Assembly: GCA_963977015.1 (NCBI GenBank)
Contig: CAXBMO010000017.1
Coordinates: 32,001 to 96,000, forward strand
From: an uncultured bacterium
GTDB lineage: Bacteria > Verrucomicrobiota > Verrucomicrobiia > Verrucomicrobiales > DEV007
Direction of reading: 5' to 3'
DNA length: 64,000 nt
The notes beneath the pieces were generated by a model. It did not search any database. It saw nothing but the letters and a program-made list of their open reading frames with translations, and was not told the origin of the DNA. Positions 58,593 through 64,000 of this stretch are shown here, piece by piece. The translations under genes were made by a program, and so were the position numbers. The stretch's first letter is position 1. Every line of letters begins with the position of its first letter.

Positions 58593-59426
58593 TTATTTCA
58601 TCAGGTTCTCAAAATAGCTGAGATCAATCTCGCCCTCACCGGGAAGGGGGAGCTTGCCAGCTCGAAAATTGGATCGTCGCGCGATGTTGGCGGCATACGT
58701 ATTCACCACCGAATTGGCTTTCGTGTAAGCGGCAATGGACTGCGGATTGTTCCTCACCAGGAACACGATCTGCGTTCGCGGATTGGCGTCGATGAAGTCG
58801 AGAAATTTGCGGAACTTTTCGTCGGTGTTGAGCGTTGCGGTCGACAGCTTCACCGGCTCCTCCCCTTTCCTCATGATCGAAATGGTTTGAGCCGATGCCT
58901 CGATGAAATAGGGCACCAAATTCCGTCCCGAACCCGCGGGGCGAACCTGGATCGGAGGCGCCTGATCCGCAGGTTTCTCCTGCGCGGCGAGTTTCTTCTT
59001 CAGCTCCTCGATATCGAGCAGCAGTTGCTGATACGACGTCAACAGACTTTCATTGTCGACTTTGAGTTGTCGCAGCTTCGCGTCTTTCTCGGCCAAACTC
59101 CCTTCCGTCTCCTCCACATTCTCCATGATCTCGCGAAGCCGGTTCTTCTCGGTCATGGCGAAGGTCAATTCGTTGACCGATTTCGAGATGGTGTCGAGCA
59201 ACTGACGAAGCTCATCATTCTGCTTCTTCAGCTCCTCGCTTTCGGCGAGAACTTCCTTGTTTTGCTCTGAGCGGTCCTTTTCCTCCGGCTCAATATCATC
59301 CGCCTTTTGCAGCTGGATAATCGCCATCCCGGAAATGATCACGACCAAGGCCCCGATGAGCGCCGCGAGGATGCTCAAAAACGGGAACAGAGAAATCGTA
59401 GTTCCGCTATCTTTGCGTCGTCCCAT
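58593..59426 (-). CDS. Single-pass ExbD-like membrane protein with a coiled coil (no TM Asp)
   Basis: MGRR...ISLFPFLSILAALIGALVVII N-terminal TM; coiled coil; C-terminal IVFLVR alpha/beta domain. Confidence 0.7.
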   Translation of the reverse strand: MGRRKDSGTTISLFPFLSILAALIGALVVIISGMAIIQLQKADDIEPEEKDRSEQNKEVLAESEELKKQNDELRQLLDTISKSVNELTFAMTEKNRLREIMENVEETEGSLAEKDAKLRQLKVDNESLLTSYQQLLLDIEELKKKLAAQEKPADQAPPIQVRPAGSGRNLVPYFIEASAQTISIMRKGEEPVKLSTATLNTDEKFRKFLDFIDANPRTQIVFLVRNNPQSIAAYTKANSVVNTYAANIARRSNFRAGKLPLPGEGEIDLSYFENLMK

Positions 59427-59460
59427 AGGGTTTGAAGTGCGGAGTCAGGCTAGCGCCGGA

Positions 59461-60972
59461 TCATCCAAATGGCCACATTTTCTTCTTCACCACCACTTGC
59501 TTGCCGTTCAGCTCCTTCAGCACGTTGTTCAAATTGGTGATTCCTTCCGCCAGGTTCTTCACACTGCCGGAAATGTCTTCGTCCAACTTGGATTCGTAGC
59601 CTTTGGCGCGATCCTCGATCGCGGAAAGCTGCTTATCGACTGCTTCCGCCACCGTTTGGTAGTGCTCGGTCTGCTTGTCGTAGACCTCTTTCATGTTGCC
59701 ATGAATCTCACCGAATTTGCCAACCACATCCTTGTTGCTGGCCGAAATGGCCTCGCCAAGTGACTTCAACGCGGCCGAATCCGTGAACTGACCACCGGCA
59801 CCACCATCGTTGAGGCGCTTGATTAGGTTATCATTGCTGTATTCGTCTACCAGGTTCAGCACGTCTTCCTCAGTCGCCTGAAGAGAACTGGCCGGAATCA
59901 TCAGCAAGATACTGAAAACGAGGGCAAGGAACGTGGTATCGAACGCCGTTCCCAAACCGCCCAGAACAGTTTGCAGGCCACCCATCATCGCTTCGGGATC
60001 CGAGGCGTTGGCCAGGGTTTCCGCAAAGCTTCCGATGGCGCCACCGATACCGAGAACGGTTCCGATGAATCCCATGATCGGGATCGCCCACAGGAAAACC
60101 TTGGCCTGAGCGTAACTGCTGGCAATTGAGTTCGCGTCAATGTCCGACTGCGAAGACATCATCCCGGCAACCTCGCTGTTGCTCTCCCGAACGTAGAAAT
60201 ATTCCAACCCCTTGCGTAAGCGCTTGTGCATGAAGCTGTCATGCAATTTGCGGGGCAGATTGATCACATGGTCGTAGAAATCCGCCACATTGTACATGTT
60301 GATCTCAGGGCTGATATCCTGAGGCAAGGCATCGAGAAGCATGGCTCGGCGCTGCTTCTTAATATGAACCACTTTCAAAATCAGGATTCCCAATGTCCAT
60401 CCCGCCAATCCGGTGGTGACGAACTGGACCCAACTCCGCTCGATAAAGAGCTGGTAAAGGTAGTTCGCGGGTTTGTCAGGAGTGCTGGGACTGTCTGACA
60501 GAAAGATTGCCATCATGACCACCCCCGCGATTCCCAATCCGATGGCCAGCGACAACCAAAAGCTCACCTGGGCAATGTTCCCCAGGGTTCCGGTGTAGAA
60601 ATATTCGATGGGCCGGGGAGCTTCGTCAGAGATCTGGTGCTCCAGAGTCTGTTCGTGCGTTTGCTCTTCCTCCTCGGGTTCCGGAGCGGACTCCGTCGTG
60701 GGCGCAGGTGCCGAAGTGGCTCGGCCAATTCCCAAATTAGGCGGCGGAATGGCCGGCGAAGTATCCGGAGACGGGATGCTCGGCTTTGGAATCGATGGAG
60801 CGGGAGGCTCAGCAGCGCTGGGCGCGGGAGGAGCGGCCGCACTCGATGCGGGAGTCCCCGGTGCCTCCGGGATCTTGATCTTGGCACTACAGCCAGGACA
60901 CTTCACGGTTTTGCCGGCCGAATCCGCTTCGGCCTGCATTTGAACGCTACATTTTGGGCAGCTAAATCTCAC
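59461..60972 (-). CDS. MotA/TolQ/ExbB proton-channel family protein with an N-terminal zinc ribbon and Pro-rich linker
   Basis: CPKC..CPGC; four TM segments; WAIPIMGFIGTVLGI and GLGTAFDTTFLAL; GTG start. Confidence 0.88.
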   Translation of the reverse strand: MRFSCPKCSVQMQAEADSAGKTVKCPGCSAKIKIPEAPGTPASSAAAPPAPSAAEPPAPSIPKPSIPSPDTSPAIPPPNLGIGRATSAPAPTTESAPEPEEEEQTHEQTLEHQISDEAPRPIEYFYTGTLGNIAQVSFWLSLAIGLGIAGVVMMAIFLSDSPSTPDKPANYLYQLFIERSWVQFVTTGLAGWTLGILILKVVHIKKQRRAMLLDALPQDISPEINMYNVADFYDHVINLPRKLHDSFMHKRLRKGLEYFYVRESNSEVAGMMSSQSDIDANSIASSYAQAKVFLWAIPIMGFIGTVLGIGGAIGSFAETLANASDPEAMMGGLQTVLGGLGTAFDTTFLALVFSILLMIPASSLQATEEDVLNLVDEYSNDNLIKRLNDGGAGGQFTDSAALKSLGEAISASNKDVVGKFGEIHGNMKEVYDKQTEHYQTVAEAVDKQLSAIEDRAKGYESKLDEDISGSVKNLAEGITNLNNVLKELNGKQVVVKKKMWPFG

Positions 60973-61175
60973 GGTTTAAGTAGTTGGTTTCGAGGGTTGA
61001 ATGGGAGCCTGCGTTTCCCCAGATTCGATTCTGGATGTATTTGGGACGTTTGAGGCGGAAAGACAAGCTTTTTCAGTCAGGAGCATGAAACTCACGACAG
61101 CATCGCCATCCTGGAAAATTGATTTCTTCCATCTCAATTTGGGTAATTGAGGGACGCCTGACCGTACAATCCTCT

Positions 61176-61679
61176 TCAACTCGCCAATTGATGCCGAATC
61201 GTTGAGGGGGCCAAGCCGAAATCGGCAGGAAGCTCCGTTCCCATTGATTGGCACATGATTCCGATGATCGCAAAGTGATGAACCATGTGGGAGACCAGAA
61301 ATTGCAATTCACGCCCCACGGTTGATTTCTTCCAATGCGTCTCATTTCCTCCGCAATCCGATTTCACGAGGATTTCCTGGCCTTCATCAATCGTTCCCTC
61401 CCCCAGAAGCAACAGATTGATCATCCGCTGAATCCGCAACCCCGCCGTCTCGGGATCCAATTCCGAAGGAACGCCTCTCTCACGTGCGTCATAATCCACT
61501 TTTCCTCCGGGAAGCCCCTCAACAAGACACTCAAAATGGTCGAGGCAATGGCGGATATGACCTCCCACCGTTCCTCCAAAACACGTTGCATGAGGCGATG
61601 TGTATTGAACCGTATCCAATCCAGAAACGAGATCGTACCCCTGTTGCAGATAGATACGGCAGGAATTGAGCAAAGTCAT
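61176..61679 (-). CDS. DinB-family protein
   Basis: VGGHIRHCLDH, VDYDARER, RELQFLVSHMVHHFA, FGLAPST. Confidence 0.85.
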   Translation of the reverse strand: MTLLNSCRIYLQQGYDLVSGLDTVQYTSPHATCFGGTVGGHIRHCLDHFECLVEGLPGGKVDYDARERGVPSELDPETAGLRIQRMINLLLLGEGTIDEGQEILVKSDCGGNETHWKKSTVGRELQFLVSHMVHHFAIIGIMCQSMGTELPADFGLAPSTIRHQLAS

Positions 61680-61852
61680 TGCGAAGAAGGGGTTTGAACG
61701 CCCGTACGGACACTACCGACGAGATAACCTAACCCGTCTCCGCTCTTTTAGCGAGACTCGCTCAAAATGCAATGCCAATCTAGCAAACTTCCCAAGGGGA
61801 TCCGATCGGGAGAACTTCGGGAGGTATTTCCCAAACCTGGAGGGAAGCTCCG

Positions 61853-64000
61853 CTACTTCGCAGCAACGGTTTCCTCTTCCCACTCGCGATACATCCCCCG
61901 GTATTTATTCTCCAGTTCATCAACCCGGCGGGATTGCTGCTGGATCTCTCCTTCCTGGCGTTTCTTCAACTCCAACGCCTTCTTTAACTCGGCCTCTTTC
62001 TGAAGCTTCGCTTTTTCTCGATCGGAGATCATTTGGGGAGCTTTCGTCACCGTTTCGGTGGCCTGGGTCAGACGCTTGGTGGTTTCCTCAACCTTTTTGT
62101 AGGTGGCTGCGAGCACTTTCTCGAATTCCGGCGCCTTCGCATCTGGCTCTGCCAGGGACCGCGCCGCAACCAACTGCAGCGCGACTTCCACAACATCGTC
62201 AGATGCGGTGTCCAGCAGTTCGGTGGTTTCTGCAATGGTCTTTTGGGCGCCCTCCAAGGTTTTCTTTGCGTCTTCCACGGCCTTGGCGGCCGCCTCTTTT
62301 TGAGCGATGGCCTGCTGTGCCTGCCCTTCGACGCTCATCAGGCGTTCGTGATAATTTTCGAGTGTTTCCTGCTCTTTGTGGAGCACGACATTGACTTCTG
62401 CAGCAGCCCATTTGTCGACTTGATACTGCATGAACGCCAAATCAAACTTGGCCTGCTTTGCATCGTTCTGGGCCTTCGTCTGGGCCGCAACGAGTTGATT
62501 GTAGCGGTCGGTTGCCGCTTTGGCAGCCGCTTCTTTGGCCTTGATCGCCGCATCCGCACCGGCCAGAACCTTTTTCGCGTCTTCAATCCGCTTTTGAGCA
62601 TCGGCAACATTCTTCTTGGCTGCGTCGACCTTGGCTTTGATACCTACGAGTTCTTTCTTCACAACCTCGGCATCTTTTTCAGCCTGCGGCATCGCTTTCT
62701 TCTCAGCCTCATCGGCGACTTTCTTTTGCTCTCCAATGAGGAGTTGGGCCACTTTCAGTGATCTCTCTCCCTCAACGACCGAATTCTTGGCGTTCATGAG
62801 CCCGGCTTCGGCGTTTTTCAGCTTGTTTCCAATGTCCCGGCGCTTCGCGTCAGCCGCCTTCATCGCGCCATCCGCTTTGGCAAATGCGGCCTTTGCTTCG
62901 GACAGAGCTTTTTGAAAATCCTGATTTTCAGGAACTTGCTCAACCTGGAGCTGCAACCCTTTGACCCGGGCTTCAAGATCGACCCGATTCTTTACGGCCT
63001 GCTCATACTGCTGCTCGGCGACCGGAAGATCCTTACGACCCTGCGCGATCTGCGCGGTGAGTTGGCCCGCCAATTCCTTCTGCTTCGCAATTGCCGCCTC
63101 CTTGGCTTTGGCATCATTGGTCAACGCCGCCAATTTCTGATGTTCAGGCGTGTTTTTGGCGGAATTCAGTTTCGCCGCCACTTCAGCATTCTTTTTGTTA
63201 TACTCGCCCTCGGCGGCTTTCACGGCGTTGCCAAGGTCTGCCAGCGTCTTGCCGGCACCTTTGACAACTGAATCCGCATCTGCTTTTTGCTTTTTCACCG
63301 CCGCGACTTGTGAATTGGCATCATCGCGAGCCTTTTTTCCTGCATTGGCCGCATCCGCGGCTTTCTTGATCGCCGCCTCAAGCGCGGGCAAATTCTTGGT
63401 GATTTCAGCAACGCGAAGCTTCGAGTCCTCCATTTGCTGGGCAATGGTCGGCGGATTGCTGATCAACTCACCAATCAGTGTGCCATCCTCGGCGTTCCAA
63501 ACCTTGAGTTGACCGTTCCAGTCCCCGCTAATGACCTTCTTATTGTCAAAGGTGAAGACGACCGAGGTCACAACGTCCGTGAACTCCTTGATTTCGCGGA
63601 GAAGCTTTCCGTTCAGATCCCAGATTTTCACGCGGTTATCGCGGCCTGCTGTCGCGATTTTCGATCCATCGGGAGAGAAGTCGATCGCCAGGGCGCCACC
63701 ACCATGAGCGGCCCATTTCTTGATCTGCTTTCCATTCTGCATTTCCCACAAGGAAACGTTTCCATCTTCGCTCGACGCCCCGACAACGTTCGAATCACCT
63801 CGCCAGCTAATTCCGGTGATCGCCTGTTGGTGCTCTTTCAATTCGTAGAATTCCATTCCAGCCTCAGCTTCCCAAACATAGAGACCACCATTGCGTCCTC
63901 CCGTGGTCAGCAACACGCCATCAGGACTGTATTCTGCTTCCATCAACCAATCCGGATGCTTCTTGATGGAGTGAAGCTGCTCGCCCGTCGTGGTATCGAA
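61853..64000 (-). CDS. WD40-repeat protein with a very long C-terminal coiled coil (5' end lies outside the window)
   Basis: Repeated YSPDG/FSPDG..W units, then >500 aa of Ala/Lys/Glu-rich heptads; frame is open to the window edge. Confidence 0.88.
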   Translation of the reverse strand, partial: FDTTTGEQLHSIKKHPDWLMEAEYSPDGVLLTTGGRNGGLYVWEAEAGMEFYELKEHQQAITGISWRGDSNVVGASSEDGNVSLWEMQNGKQIKKWAAHGGGALAIDFSPDGSKIATAGRDNRVKIWDLNGKLLREIKEFTDVVTSVVFTFDNKKVISGDWNGQLKVWNAEDGTLIGELISNPPTIAQQMEDSKLRVAEITKNLPALEAAIKKAADAANAGKKARDDANSQVAAVKKQKADADSVVKGAGKTLADLGNAVKAAEGEYNKKNAEVAAKLNSAKNTPEHQKLAALTNDAKAKEAAIAKQKELAGQLTAQIAQGRKDLPVAEQQYEQAVKNRVDLEARVKGLQLQVEQVPENQDFQKALSEAKAAFAKADGAMKAADAKRRDIGNKLKNAEAGLMNAKNSVVEGERSLKVAQLLIGEQKKVADEAEKKAMPQAEKDAEVVKKELVGIKAKVDAAKKNVADAQKRIEDAKKVLAGADAAIKAKEAAAKAATDRYNQLVAAQTKAQNDAKQAKFDLAFMQYQVDKWAAAEVNVVLHKEQETLENYHERLMSVEGQAQQAIAQKEAAAKAVEDAKKTLEGAQKTIAETTELLDTASDDVVEVALQLVAARSLAEPDAKAPEFEKVLAATYKKVEETTKRLTQATETVTKAPQMISDREKAKLQKEAELKKALELKKRQEGEIQQQSRRVDELENKYRGMYREWEEETVAAK

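Noticed and set aside
57052-60972. Zorya (zorAB) call for the MotA cluster
   Set aside because: No OmpA-like domain in the partners, no long ZorA tail, and no zorC/D/E adjacent.
1-64000. CRISPR array, tRNA, rRNA, integrase or transposase
   Set aside because: No regularly spaced direct repeats, RNA-gene signatures or recombinase motifs were seen by eye; a covariance-model scan was not possible.

Overview
Gene-dense 64 kb window from a bacterial chromosome, most likely Verrucomicrobiota (PVC superphylum). That assignment is inferred from gene content: a DUF1501 protein, a PTPDL-like protein, a short EF-Ts, a sulfatase and PVC-type MotA/ExbD-like genes. Housekeeping genes (rpsB, tsf, tpiA, recN, hisB, tsaB, bioA, rimK) are interleaved with transporters and small accessory insertions. 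No rRNA, tRNA, CRISPR array or transposase was seen. Main observations: (1) a three-gene MotA/ExbB-type motor with two dissimilar ExbD-like partners, one with and one without the membrane Asp, and no TonB or OmpA domain; (2) a catalytically degenerate aldo/keto reductase fused to a chlorite-dismutase-fold heme domain, next to an atypical dihydropteroate synthase and a pteridine-reductase-like SDR, with a NERD-helicase between them; (3) a toxin-antitoxin pair bracketed by a duplicated dnaE2 3' end; (4) two inverted copies of a ~203 bp MITE, one sitting in the shared TA of two overlapping stop codons; (5) a palindromic repeat translated in frame inside dnaE2; (6) an AT-rich HEPN-like solo gene beside a REP-like element. 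All calls come from reading motifs by eye. No database searches were run.
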